Shown here in pieces: positions 20,438-30,212 of a DNA stretch of 64,000 nucleotides. The stretch comes from an uncultured Candidatus Saccharibacteria bacterium (GTDB taxonomy: Bacteria > Patescibacteriota > Minisyncoccia > Phycocordibacterales > UBA1006): positions 98,428 to 162,427 of the forward strand of contig CAZROP010000001.1 of NCBI GenBank assembly GCA_964601935.1. The letters run 5' to 3'. The notes beneath the pieces are model-generated. The model saw only the letters and a list, made by a program, of their open reading frames with translations, ran no database searches and had not been told where the DNA came from. The stretch's first letter is position 1; every line of letters starts with the position of its first letter. The position numbers and the translations under genes are program-made.

Positions 20438-21127
20438 ATATATAGAATAATAAATTAGATCTAATTAACTATTAAAGTTACGGTTAAGGTAACTAATAAT
20501 TTTGGTATTCTCGGTATCATTGCTGATACTGATAGCACCGGGTGTACAACGTGATACATGTTATCGGTCATGAGGCGACACCATGAACCAAGTTCTAACA
20601 GACATATTATGATGGGCGCGGTGCATGCCACAGAAGGTTGTCAGAAATCGGAAAGGTGTATGCAATCCGAAAGTCATTCAATCATCTGCAGCAGCGCCAC
20701 ACCAACACCAGTCCTATGACTGTTAGTAACGTGGTCCATATTATGTATACCGATCCAATAACACCACCACAGAGTACGAGTTGTTAAACAAGTTTTGTGT
20801 GCATAGTATAACTGTTACTCACAGCGCAACTATGCAGTACGCAGTGATGAAATAATTCCATTAACTTGTTCAGTTTCGGGGACACATTCAGTGCATTGAA
20901 TAGGTCAGACACTCTATATAGAGACAGCCGCAGCCAGCCCAATATACAGCGATGAGAATAGTATAGGTGACGAATGTCATCTATGCAAGCCTATCTGCCA
21001 GTAACATATCCACATTTCTGTGGACACCACTGAGCATGAACAGATTCCCACAACGATGAAGACGTACTGAATTCAACAATCTGACGAATAATTTTTTCCG
21101 TCTTCCAGACGCAGCGATAGCAGAGAT

Positions 21128-21156
21128 CTGGGATCCAGGATTCAATATACTTACAA
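21128..21156 (+). repeat. 29 bp direct repeat, copy A (CTGGGATCCAGGATTCAATATACTTACAA)
   Basis: 27/29 identical to 22347-22375. The two copies bracket the winged-helix protein gene, spaced 1219 bp apart. Confidence 0.8.
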
Positions 21157-21245
21157 CACAAAAGTTTATTTTCCTGCCCCTGAATTCTAGCTCGGAGACT
21201 AGGAAAACAAGGCGACATGAAACCTTAGGAAAGCTTGACCACCAA

Positions 21246-22364
21246 CTACACCACAGCCTCATACCGTGACCAGCGACGATCACCGTGGCGCACGATTGCC
21301 CCATCACTGAGTAAATCTATCAAAGCACGCTGCAGTGTCTTGTCAGAAGTTCCCGGAACGCCATCTGCGATCTCCTTGATCGATACAATACCATGCTCAC
21401 GTATATAACGCAGTATCGTCGCCCGTCGTTGCTCTATAGATGAGGGCAGTCCTGATTGTGGGCGCGGACGAGCCTCCAAACGAACCGAATTCTGCATGGA
21501 TCCCGTGAATGGGGGCTGCGCAGGATTACTGGATTCCGACAGGTTTTCTCCATACAAAGTATCCACCTGCTGCCCTGCTGCCCCTTCTCTACTACCGACC
21601 ACCTGTCCTGATTGGTCATCGCCATACTCAGGACGCACCTCCCTATCGAATGCACGTTCCGCCAATTCGTAATCCGGCGTTGCCACCAACGGAGATGAGA
21701 CATGCTTGCGTGTGGCGCGATCTGCAGTATCAGACGATTTGGAGCGCGAGCGCTTATCCATCGCGGGCTCGGAATCGAATAGCTCCATCATTTTCAGACG
21801 AATATCCTGTCGGTCGCGCGCTGCACCTGTTGCAGTATTCACGTCTCCTCGCACCAACATCATCGTGACGAAACGTGTCAGTTTTGTCAGCTCACGCTCT
21901 ATCAGCAACCCATTGATATCCGATATCGTACCTGTCGCACGCGCCACAGATATATAGGACATTATCTTATCGGACACAGTGAGTACGTGGTTCAATAGGA
22001 CAAACGGGGCCTGTGCCTTGTGTTCGTATGCGACAGCTATCAAATCATCTGCTGCAAGTCTCAAGGACACTTTCAGAGAAGTGTCATCCGACATGTGCTG
22101 AGTAACCAAATAGACACCCGTCGATATACGACGTGACATATCCGACAGTGATCGAGTCATATCGTCCTCTCGGCGAGAGAATGAATCAGAGATCATTTTG
22201 ATATCCGACATTATTTTCGCAACAATTGCCTGGTCATCGCTATTCATATAGCTGCCATTATGGCGCATAACTGTGGAAAAGTCTATTATACCTCCGCGAC
22301 AGGACGTGGTGGAATGATGACCTCTTCCATCTTCCCACACCCCGAGCTGGGACCCAGAATTCAA
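21246..22364 (-). CDS. Hypothetical protein with a C-terminal winged-helix DNA-binding domain
   Basis: 372 aa. The C-terminus RRATILRYIREHGIVSIKEIADGVPGTSDKTLQRALIDLLSDGAIVRHGDRRW is HTH/winged-helix-like. The track uses a TTG start at 22364 inside direct repeat copy B; the true start may be an internal Met. Confidence 0.5.
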   Translation of the reverse strand: MNSGSQLGVWEDGRGHHSTTSCRGGIIDFSTVMRHNGSYMNSDDQAIVAKIMSDIKMISDSFSRREDDMTRSLSDMSRRISTGVYLVTQHMSDDTSLKVSLRLAADDLIAVAYEHKAQAPFVLLNHVLTVSDKIMSYISVARATGTISDINGLLIERELTKLTRFVTMMLVRGDVNTATGAARDRQDIRLKMMELFDSEPAMDKRSRSKSSDTADRATRKHVSSPLVATPDYELAERAFDREVRPEYGDDQSGQVVGSREGAAGQQVDTLYGENLSESSNPAQPPFTGSMQNSVRLEARPRPQSGLPSSIEQRRATILRYIREHGIVSIKEIADGVPGTSDKTLQRALIDLLSDGAIVRHGDRRWSRYEAVV

Positions 22365-22375
22365 TATACTTACAA
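22347..22375 (+). repeat. 29 bp direct repeat, copy B (CTGGGACCCAGAATTCAATATACTTACAA)
   Basis: See copy A. Confidence 0.8.
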
Positions 22376-22583
22376 AACTAGTGACTATCTTTCTAGTCCT
22401 GGATCACGGATCCCTGAGGCCCCGAGATGACGGAAACTTTGTGTTTTCAGGCAACTCTCTCCTTTGTAGGACGTGCAAAATAATGAGCGCTAGCGAGTAT
22501 GTTTTTGATGCTTGCGGGTGAGGTCTCTTTAACCATTCTATTCACACCACACCTGCCCAATACCCCAAAGATTACTGACGATA

Positions 22584-24914
22584 ATGTTACACTATAGAGG
22601 TATGCCGAAAAAACCAGGTCCCAAACCGCGACCCCGTCGCCCCCGAGAAGTAATCGACGAAGAATACAGCACTGACGATGCTAGCTATATTTATAAAAAT
22701 ATCGGGATCGCCTGTGTCTGTTTTGCCATCACAGGGTTATTCTATCTATCCCATACACATCAGGCAGGATTGTTGGGTGAATGGTTTCTGACCAATGCAC
22801 ACATATTCTTGGGCAAGATTGGATTTTATATCATCCCTATCATCACCACAGGAATGGGTATCATACATATATTATACAAGCACGAACGAGCACCTCTGCA
22901 TGTACCTGTAGGCACACTAATGCTAACAATAGGTACTCTGACAACGCTGTACACACTGGATCCATCACGTGATTGGGGTGGTTACGCAGGATCATTACTA
23001 GGCGATCCGTTACTCGTTGGTGCAGGCACCTATATTGCAACACTACTGGGCGTAGCTTTAGCTGTGGTCGGTATTATTATACTGCCCCGTGGTCGTGACA
23101 TACTCAGGCATATGGGCGGATGGTTTGAATCCAGTGCAACGTCATTGGCAGCAAATGCAAACCGCATAATGACTCGCCGCGCTTCTGCTGAAGGAGCCGA
23201 GGACGAAGAGATCATGGAATCTGAAGAGGAGTACGCGGATGAAGAGTATGAGAACGAAGCAGAGGACAGCGAAACAGTAGAGAGACCGATTCGTACAGGA
23301 ACGCGGTCAATGGATGCGATGCTTGCCGCAAAACAGCCCGAACCTCTCCAGATGAAAAAACCATCCCTCCCGGTTTCAGCATATGTTCCACCTGCTCTGT
23401 CGCTACTAGCACCAAGTGCCGGCAAAGCAAATGCAGGCGATGTTCAACACAACGGCGTGCTATTGAAACAGACTTTGCAGAATTTCAACATCAATGTAGA
23501 GATAGAGGAAATCACTACCGGACCATCAATTACCCGTTATGCCTTGCGCCCGTCTCAAGGCTTGAAACTGTCGCGCATATCACAACTCCGCAACGAACTA
23601 TCATTGGCACTTGCAGCACATCCTATTCGCATAGAGGCTCCCATCCCTGGACAGTCTTTGGTTGGTATTGAAATCCCAAACAAGGCCAAAGCAAAGGTTG
23701 GACTCCGCGAACTGATGGAGGACAAAACATTCCAAAAAGACCCTCGACCACTCACGATTGCAATCGGTCGCGGCGTCAGCGGTCGTGCATATTACGACAA
23801 TCTCGCAAAAATTCCTCACCTCCTGATTGCAGGAACTACCGGTTCGGGAAAATCTGTAGTTGCTCACAATATTATTCTGTCACTGCTGTATCGCAATGGG
23901 CCTGACAATTTGAAGTTCATCATGGTGGATCCAAAACGAGTGGAGTTAACACTGTACAATAATATACCTCACCTACTGACACCTGTTATCAAAGACGCAA
24001 AGAAAACAATAGTGGCATTACGATGGGCAGCCAAAGAAATGGATCGACGCTACCATACACTCGAACAACATGGGGTACGAGATATTCAGTCCTATCACGA
24101 AACAGTTGTGACACCTGCATATGAAGCGGCAGAGATAGAACGCAAGCGTGGCACTCCAGATGAAGAGATCGAGGTTCCCGAGCGTATGCCCTATATCGTA
24201 ATTATGATAGACGAGCTTGCCGACATCATGCAAGCATATCCGCGCGAGCTGGAATCCGGCATCGTACGTCTGGCACAGATGTCACGTGCAGTGGGCATAC
24301 ACCTGGTTATTTCTACCCAGCGCCCGAGCGTGAACGTCATTACTGGCCTGATAAAGGCAAACATCCCTGGGCGACTCGCTCTACGTGTAGCATCACAAAT
24401 AGATTCTCGCACTATTCTGGATAGTCCGGGCGCAGAGTCATTGCTGGGAGCAGGAGATGCATTATTCCAGGGTGAGGGCATGAGCAAGCCAGAACGCATT
24501 CAATCTGCGTTCGCATCTGAAGATGAAATAAAAAACATAGTAGCGGATATAATCAAAAATAACCGCGGATTCCCGCCCGAACTGATCGATATAGGAGATC
24601 AAGTTACCACAGAAGGCGCGATAGTTTCTGAACAGTATGGCGAATCGTTCAACGCCGGCGAGGAGGACGATGACACCATGTTTGCCGAAGCGCGCGATCT
24701 AGTCATCAAAACCCGCGTGGCGAGTACTAGTTTCTTGCAGCGTAAACTACGTGTTGGATATTCTCGTGCTGCACGATTGATAGACCTGCTGGAAGAACGA
24801 GGTGTTATCGGACCCTCACAGGGATCAAAACCACGCGAAGTGATGGGTACCGGGCACGCAGCAGATGATTCGAATAGCTATGAACAAGATAAAGAACCTG
24901 AATCGGACGAATAA
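22584..24914 (+). CDS. ftsK: DNA translocase FtsK/SpoIIIE
   Basis: 776 aa with N-terminal TM segments. Walker A motif AGTTGSGKSV is present, and the C-terminal gamma winged-helix (FLQRKLRVGYSRAARLIDLLEERGVIG) is typical of FtsK. Confidence 0.9.
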   Translation: MLHYRGMPKKPGPKPRPRRPREVIDEEYSTDDASYIYKNIGIACVCFAITGLFYLSHTHQAGLLGEWFLTNAHIFLGKIGFYIIPIITTGMGIIHILYKHERAPLHVPVGTLMLTIGTLTTLYTLDPSRDWGGYAGSLLGDPLLVGAGTYIATLLGVALAVVGIIILPRGRDILRHMGGWFESSATSLAANANRIMTRRASAEGAEDEEIMESEEEYADEEYENEAEDSETVERPIRTGTRSMDAMLAAKQPEPLQMKKPSLPVSAYVPPALSLLAPSAGKANAGDVQHNGVLLKQTLQNFNINVEIEEITTGPSITRYALRPSQGLKLSRISQLRNELSLALAAHPIRIEAPIPGQSLVGIEIPNKAKAKVGLRELMEDKTFQKDPRPLTIAIGRGVSGRAYYDNLAKIPHLLIAGTTGSGKSVVAHNIILSLLYRNGPDNLKFIMVDPKRVELTLYNNIPHLLTPVIKDAKKTIVALRWAAKEMDRRYHTLEQHGVRDIQSYHETVVTPAYEAAEIERKRGTPDEEIEVPERMPYIVIMIDELADIMQAYPRELESGIVRLAQMSRAVGIHLVISTQRPSVNVITGLIKANIPGRLALRVASQIDSRTILDSPGAESLLGAGDALFQGEGMSKPERIQSAFASEDEIKNIVADIIKNNRGFPPELIDIGDQVTTEGAIVSEQYGESFNAGEEDDDTMFAEARDLVIKTRVASTSFLQRKLRVGYSRAARLIDLLEERGVIGPSQGSKPREVMGTGHAADDSNSYEQDKEPESDE

Positions 24915-25362
24915 TCACTGGCTCGCGATAGCTCGCACATGTTTGGTGATAGTGGGTATATTACTGATTGCATTCGTTGTAATGCAGTTTCGATCTGCAT
25001 GGCAAGGTCCTCTGATTTATATAGACTACCCCGTATCAGGGGAAACCGTATCATCTCCTATAATTACCATACGCGGATCAACCGCAAACGTAGCCCAGCT
25101 CTTTATCAATGGAGTTATTACTCCGGTAGAACTTTCTACCGAAAGATTTGTGTTCGAAACAGCGCTTCCTCCAGGAGCCAGCAATATCACCCTGGATGGG
25201 TATACGCGATCAGGTGATCACACACGGACCCTGGTACCTATATACTACAAACCACCTAATCTGATACGAACACTGTCCCCCGACTTAGAAGCAGTCTCGA
25301 ACCTCAATATTATCGAAACCCCGTTCCGCCCAACGAGCGATATCTTCGATGCTATACAGTAA
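24880..25362 (+). CDS. Hypothetical membrane-anchored protein
   Basis: An N-terminal TM segment ([21 protein letters not shown]) is followed by a soluble domain. It overlaps the ftsK 3' end in another frame, and the start is uncertain. Confidence 0.4.
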   Translation: MNKIKNLNRTNNHWLAIARTCLVIVGILLIAFVVMQFRSAWQGPLIYIDYPVSGETVSSPIITIRGSTANVAQLFINGVITPVELSTERFVFETALPPGASNITLDGYTRSGDHTRTLVPIYYKPPNLIRTLSPDLEAVSNLNIIETPFRPTSDIFDAIQ

Positions 25363-25465
25363 CCACTGTACTCTAAACGTAGACACGCTATCGAAACCAT
25401 ATCGAAATACTTTTCATGATATGTCTACATTGATGCACCCAACCTCTGTGTTAGAATGGAGGCAT

Positions 25466-26602
25466 ATGAAAAAATCCAAGAAACCAGCAAGTGCCGCTGA
25501 ATCACTCGAGAACGAGGAAGAATTACAGGATGAAAACACAGAGCATGCTGAAGATAGCGAAGATACTTCACCAGCAAAAAAAGGCAAAAAAGCCGGTCGA
25601 AATACTGATGACGATCTAGCGGATACACTCAAAATGCTCCAGACCAAATTCGGTGACGGCGCAATTATGAAATTAGGCGAAGCCCCAAAGGTGTCCGTCG
25701 GTGCAATTTCTACCGGATCACTCGGGCTCGATTCTGCACTGGGCGTAGGCGGCTTACCCAAGGGTCGCATCATAGAAATATTCGGACCTGAGTCATCTGG
25801 TAAAACGACCCTGACCTTGCATGTAATTGCCGAGGCACAAAAAGCTGGCGGTGTATGCGCATTTATCGATGCTGAACACGCGCTCGACCCCGACTATGCA
25901 AAGAAATTAGGAGTAAAAACCCACGAACTGCTGGTGTCTCAGCCAGACAACGGCGAACAAGCATTGGAAATTTGTGAATCGCTCGTACGCAGCGGAAAGA
26001 TTGATGTAGTAGTAGTAGACTCTGTCGCAGCTCTGACTCCCCGTGATGAGATCGAGGGCGAAATGGGTGCACATCATGTGGGCAAGCAGGCGCGATTGAT
26101 GTCACAGGCATTACGTAAATTGACTGCCATTGTATCAAAATCCCACACCATTGTTATATTCATCAACCAGATTCGTATGCAGATCGGCGTGATGTTCGGT
26201 AACCCAGAAACAACACCGGGCGGTAAAGCGTTAAAGTTCTACACTAGTGTTCGTATTGATATTCGCAAAACTGCCCAAATCAAAAAAGGTGAAGAAGTGG
26301 TCGGCGCTCGTACAAAAGTAAAGGTAGTGAAGAACAAAGTATCCTCCCCGTTCCGCTCTACAGAATTTGATATCTTGTACGGAGAAGGTATCAGTCGCGA
26401 GGGTGAATTGTTAGCGCTCGGCGAAAAGTACAAACTTCTAACAAAGGCAGGTGCATCCTACAGCTATACTGACAGCAAAGGTACTGAACACAAGCTGGGT
26501 CGAGGATATGACGCTGCTCGTACTACCCTGCGTGAACAAAAAGATATCCAAAAAGACCTGACCAAACGCATTCGCGATGAACTGGCAAAAGAGTACGTAT
26601 AA
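25466..26602 (+). CDS. recA: Recombinase RecA
   Basis: Walker A motif [12 protein letters not shown] plus characteristic RecA core motifs ([23 protein letters not shown]). The start is chosen at the ATG at 25466, which is preceded by GGAGG; the ORF track extends it to 25349. An N-terminal acidic extension is present. Confidence 0.93.
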   Translation: MKKSKKPASAAESLENEEELQDENTEHAEDSEDTSPAKKGKKAGRNTDDDLADTLKMLQTKFGDGAIMKLGEAPKVSVGAISTGSLGLDSALGVGGLPKGRIIEIFGPESSGKTTLTLHVIAEAQKAGGVCAFIDAEHALDPDYAKKLGVKTHELLVSQPDNGEQALEICESLVRSGKIDVVVVDSVAALTPRDEIEGEMGAHHVGKQARLMSQALRKLTAIVSKSHTIVIFINQIRMQIGVMFGNPETTPGGKALKFYTSVRIDIRKTAQIKKGEEVVGARTKVKVVKNKVSSPFRSTEFDILYGEGISREGELLALGEKYKLLTKAGASYSYTDSKGTEHKLGRGYDAARTTLREQKDIQKDLTKRIRDELAKEYV

Positions 26603-26623
26603 TATCGACAAATCACACAACAA

Positions 26624-26664
26624 AACACCAGCTACTACAACTATCAGTAGCTGGGTGTTTTTGA
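26624..26664 (+). terminator. Rho-independent terminator after recA
   Basis: 12 bp stem (ACACCAGCTACT / AGTAGCTGGGTGT), 9 nt loop, then TTTTT. Confidence 0.7.
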
Positions 26665-26708
26665 TAGAATTGGAAGAATATTTTAATACAAAATAAAATC
26701 TAATAGCG

Positions 26709-27374
26709 ATGCAACAAGTTAGCGAACCTATCGATTGGCGAGTTGTATTATATGCATCGCCAGAGAAGGTTGTGACACAAACAATGTCACAATTCAAAAA
26801 CCCATTCCTGAAATACCCAAAAAGAGGACAGAATAATCGCTACCAATCTTGGGTAAGCGACCTCAAAAACCAAACAGGTGTGTATGTCATAGGCTGGCAG
26901 ATCCACAGGAAATACGAACCTGTATTCTACATTGGCTGTAGTGCAAACTGGCTCTATACCACATTGGTTCAGCACTTTACAGGCAACTATGGGGTAGACT
27001 CGGCCTATGGCGTGGATCGACGACGCGCAATCGTGCGCCGATCAAAATACAGATCTTGCAGAGTGGTTGTGATTGATTGCCCCTTACATGTTGTTCGAGA
27101 ACTCGAACAAAGAATGATTTGGGCATTCCATCATTGCGGGTTCCAGATTATCAACAACTGGATACCTGAACCGCCTAGCAACCCCACACCTGCACAGATT
27201 CTTACATCCTACCCAACAGAGGAACACGAAGTGTTTGGGTGGTTGCGACAGGCACAAGCCTGCATAGCGCTTATGCAGCAACTACATGGACTAGAGACCG
27301 AACTTGTGCCTGGCATGCTCGCACTCAAGGAGTTGTACCACAATACACTACTGAAGGTAACGCCGCCGTTTTGA
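26709..27374 (+). CDS. GIY-YIG-like nuclease domain protein
   Basis: GVYVIG...(13 aa)...FYIGCSAN fits the GIY-x10-13-YIG spacing, followed by conserved Arg residues and a VRELEQRMIW Glu. It is a stand-alone gene with its own terminator. Confidence 0.45.
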   Translation: MQQVSEPIDWRVVLYASPEKVVTQTMSQFKNPFLKYPKRGQNNRYQSWVSDLKNQTGVYVIGWQIHRKYEPVFYIGCSANWLYTTLVQHFTGNYGVDSAYGVDRRRAIVRRSKYRSCRVVVIDCPLHVVRELEQRMIWAFHHCGFQIINNWIPEPPSNPTPAQILTSYPTEEHEVFGWLRQAQACIALMQQLHGLETELVPGMLALKELYHNTLLKVTPPF

Positions 27375-27410
27375 TAGTGCATTCTGCACGTCAAAACGGC
27401 GTATTTTATT
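27364..27410 (+). terminator. Rho-independent terminator overlapping the stop codon of the GIY-YIG-like gene
   Basis: 11 bp stem CGCCGTTTTGA / TCAAAACGGCG, 16 nt loop, then TATTTTATT. Confidence 0.6.
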
Positions 27411-27485
27411 ATACTGCTGTACAGAGAATGGATTTGCGAAGAGTTCTAGTAGTAGCACATCAACACACATGCTACACTGGTATAT

Positions 27486-27944
27486 ATGGGGACACTTCGT
27501 AGCACTCTTACAGGAATCATCGTCGGCAGTGCCGTGCTGGCGGTACTGTGGTATAACTACAGAGACAGATTCGCTGTAGACCTAACTCAGTTTAGAACAT
27601 CACAAAGCTGTGTAGAATCAGTCAACAAATCCGAAATCAAAACGCTTGCAGCATTCGAAGAAAAAGCAGTTTCTGTAATTTCTGGCACTAACCCTGCTGA
27701 AGCCAGTTCTAGCACCGTAAATCAGTCACACATTGACAGCTGGAAGCCATCATTAGAATCAATTTCATTGTTATTTGACACCAACGCACTCGTAAATCTG
27801 GGCATAGCACGCCTGCGACAGAGTATCGCCGAAAATCAACAGACCAATCCAGAATCGCTGGTAAATACCCAAAAAACAAAGCTTTCCAAGCTCTTTACCA
27901 CTGCGCGCACCTGGTGTGACACCTTGCCATCAGTCGCTAACTAG
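27486..27944 (+). CDS. Hypothetical protein with an N-terminal TM anchor (152 aa)
   Basis: The N-terminal segment IIVGSAVLAVLWYNY is hydrophobic. No family recognised. Confidence 0.4.
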   Translation: MGTLRSTLTGIIVGSAVLAVLWYNYRDRFAVDLTQFRTSQSCVESVNKSEIKTLAAFEEKAVSVISGTNPAEASSSTVNQSHIDSWKPSLESISLLFDTNALVNLGIARLRQSIAENQQTNPESLVNTQKTKLSKLFTTARTWCDTLPSVAN

Positions 27945-27958
27945 TATAGTATCAATCC

Positions 27959-28561
27959 ATGAAGCAATCTGAACGAACTCGTATCAATGAGGGTATCCGT
28001 GCCAGCGAAGTCCGCGTGGTTGGCCCCGAGGGTAACCTGGGCGTATTGTCGTTATCGGTAGCGCTGGAGCGTGCCCGAGAATACGGAATGGATCTCATCG
28101 AGATCTCTCCGAACGCGCAACCACCCGTGTGCAAGATTATGGACTACGGAAAGTTCAACTACGAACAAAAACGCCACCTTCGAGAAAAACGTGCAAAGGA
28201 ACGCACCGCGACAGTAGAAATAAAATCAATCCAGATCAAGGTTGGAACCAGCGAGGGCGACATCAAAACAAAGATCAAGAAAATTGAAGAGTGGCTGGCC
28301 GAAGGCCAACGTATCAAGGTAGAGCTCTACCTACAGGGGCGCAGCAAGTATGTAGAAAAAACGTTTCTTCATGAGCGTATTCGCAAGTTCCTGGCACATA
28401 TTGAAACTCCCTACTCTATTGTAGATGGATTCAAGGAGGCGCCTAAAGGCATTTCCCTGATCATAGAAAGAAACAAAAAACTGAATCCAGGAAAGTCCGA
28501 AACCTCGCCTACAGAAGCAGTTAGCATCCCCGTTGAAGCGGCCGCTGAAACTATAGAATAA
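27959..28561 (+). CDS. infC: Translation initiation factor IF-3
   Basis: MKQSERTRINEGIRASEVRVVGPEGNLGVLS...MDLIEISPNAQPPVCKIMDYGKFNYEQ matches the IF3 N- and C-domain consensus. Confidence 0.85.
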   Translation: MKQSERTRINEGIRASEVRVVGPEGNLGVLSLSVALERAREYGMDLIEISPNAQPPVCKIMDYGKFNYEQKRHLREKRAKERTATVEIKSIQIKVGTSEGDIKTKIKKIEEWLAEGQRIKVELYLQGRSKYVEKTFLHERIRKFLAHIETPYSIVDGFKEAPKGISLIIERNKKLNPGKSETSPTEAVSIPVEAAAETIE

Positions 28562-28565
28562 ATAT

Positions 28566-28601
28566 AAATAACACCTCCATATAGAGGTGTTATTTAATTT
28601 T
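28566..28601. terminator. Bidirectional terminator between infC (+) and the convergent SIMPL gene (-)
   Basis: AAATAACACCTC / GAGGTGTTATTT hairpin flanked by A/T runs on both sides. Confidence 0.6.
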
Positions 28602-28610
28602 GAGAATCTA

Positions 28611-29345
28611 TTATCGAATACCAAACGTTGCATTGGCACTAACCACAATATCCTTTTCTACGGTTGACGTATCATAGGTACCATAATCATCAACATTCTG
28701 GCTATTAGGTGCCAATACCTGTACTACACCAGCGCGAGCACTTTTCAGTGGGCCTACACGATCTCCGGAACTCTTTGCTATTTCGTTTGCACGTTCCCGC
28801 GCATCTGATACCGCCTTGCCCAGTAGCTCGCGGCGTTTTTCAGGAAGTTTTGAGTAATAGTATTCTACAGCATATGCCTGATACAAAACGTCATTCTGAA
28901 TAATAGTCGAGCTATTATCGGAAATCTTTTTTATCACAGCAAGATCATCTGACTGCACAGAAACAGACTGCTTGAAATCAAATTCTCGTGGAGCATTAGT
29001 GTTATTATTCCATACCTCACTGGCATATACTGAACCGAATGTTATATCGGACTCTTGTGCACCCTGGGCTTTGTAGTATTCCAAGACTTTTTTCTTGTAG
29101 TCTGCGATGCGCTTGTATCCCTGTTGGATTTGTGACGACGGCAAACGCACAGACATTTCTGCCGACATTTTTGCCATGTCAGCGGTAACACGCTCACGTG
29201 CAGACCCTGTTGATACAATAGTATTCTGCTCGGGAGTAATCCCCCAGAGACCAAACATAACCAATAAGCCTGCCAAACCGAGAGAGATAGCCACTATCAA
29301 TGCAGACATTGGACCGTCACGCTGTATTATAGATTGTAGAGTCAT
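28611..29345 (-). CDS. SIMPL / DUF541 (BP26-like) periplasmic protein
   Basis: 244 aa with an N-terminal TM anchor. The C-terminal half (RERANEIAKSSGDRVGPLKSARAGVVQV...VVSANATFGIR) parallels the BP26/SIMPL family end region. Confidence 0.55.
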   Translation of the reverse strand: MTLQSIIQRDGPMSALIVAISLGLAGLLVMFGLWGITPEQNTIVSTGSARERVTADMAKMSAEMSVRLPSSQIQQGYKRIADYKKKVLEYYKAQGAQESDITFGSVYASEVWNNNTNAPREFDFKQSVSVQSDDLAVIKKISDNSSTIIQNDVLYQAYAVEYYYSKLPEKRRELLGKAVSDARERANEIAKSSGDRVGPLKSARAGVVQVLAPNSQNVDDYGTYDTSTVEKDIVVSANATFGIR

Positions 29346-29432
29346 AGAAATTAGATATAGGCTAGACCGCAGCGGAGTGACTACCCTACTGTTTAGTGTT
29401 TATAAGGAAAAACTCCAGAAGAACAAATCTGA

Positions 29433-30167
29433 TTATAGATTCTCTACCTTTGAACTGATGTCAGCACCAATGATGACCAAAACTTTTGCATTCACATCGA
29501 GCACTTTTTCTCCAGCTGGTAGAGCGGTTAGTACTTCAGCATCCTTTATCGTAGCTAATACTGATGCGGGCAATGGTGCGCCTGACAGATTTACAATAGT
29601 TGTTTTTGCATAGGCTGCATCACGTGCATTTCCAGTAGTAGGGACCGTGACCATAGGATCGACTGTCAGTTTTGCAGAAAGCTTCTTTGCCAGACCTGAT
29701 GTTGCGGTTCCATTGCGGATTTCTATACCGATCGGTGTAGTGGGTGCAGGTGTGGTTGTTGTAGCACCAGGAGTAGTAGTTGCTACACCACCAGGAGTCG
29801 TAGTAGCGCCTGGAGTAGTGGCAGTACCATCTGCAAATAGCTGAACATTAGAGGTAGGATCTACTGCGCCTGTCGTTATAATTTTATCGATAGACGGACG
29901 GTAGAGAATAACGAATTCTGGATACACTACGATGACGTCCCCTAGAGCAGCCTGTTTGAAAAACTGCTGACCGTTCAAACGCTCCAAAGTAGTGAGAGTC
30001 ACTAATTTAGGAGTAACCTCAGAAGGTACTAATACTTTACTCGTTATGCTCGCGAGCATATTTTCAGGCTTTTTTGTATTTCCTGACTGGGAATAAAACC
30101 AGTATCCTCCGACGAGAACGATAACCAAAAGGATGATAACTTTTATAGGTGATTGTGAGGTATTCAT
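29433..30167 (-). CDS. Membrane-anchored protein with a LytR_C-like C-terminal domain and Thr/Pro-rich linker
   Basis: N-terminal TM segment. An ATTTPGATTTPGGVATTTPGATTTTPAPTTP linker precedes IEIRNGTATSGLAKKLSAKL...GNARDAAYAKTTIV (LytR_C-like). The N-terminal domain is homologous to the next gene. Confidence 0.5.
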   Translation of the reverse strand: MNTSQSPIKVIILLVIVLVGGYWFYSQSGNTKKPENMLASITSKVLVPSEVTPKLVTLTTLERLNGQQFFKQAALGDVIVVYPEFVILYRPSIDKIITTGAVDPTSNVQLFADGTATTPGATTTPGGVATTTPGATTTTPAPTTPIGIEIRNGTATSGLAKKLSAKLTVDPMVTVPTTGNARDAAYAKTTIVNLSGAPLPASVLATIKDAEVLTALPAGEKVLDVNAKVLVIIGADISSKVENL

Positions 30168-30212
30168 ATACTGTGTGAATGAAATCTGACTAATGAATTG
30201 GATAATGATGGA

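Noticed and set aside
20981-21307. 108 aa and 75 aa ORFs in the 800 bp non-coding stretch
   Set aside because: They are overlapping, Cys/Trp/Arg-rich frames with no start context. They partly overlap the 3' end of the wHTH gene.
23030-24499. Several 60-130 aa minus-strand ORFs inside ftsK
   Set aside because: These are antisense shadow ORFs inside a well-supported 776 aa FtsK frame, with Ser/Ala-rich low-complexity translations.
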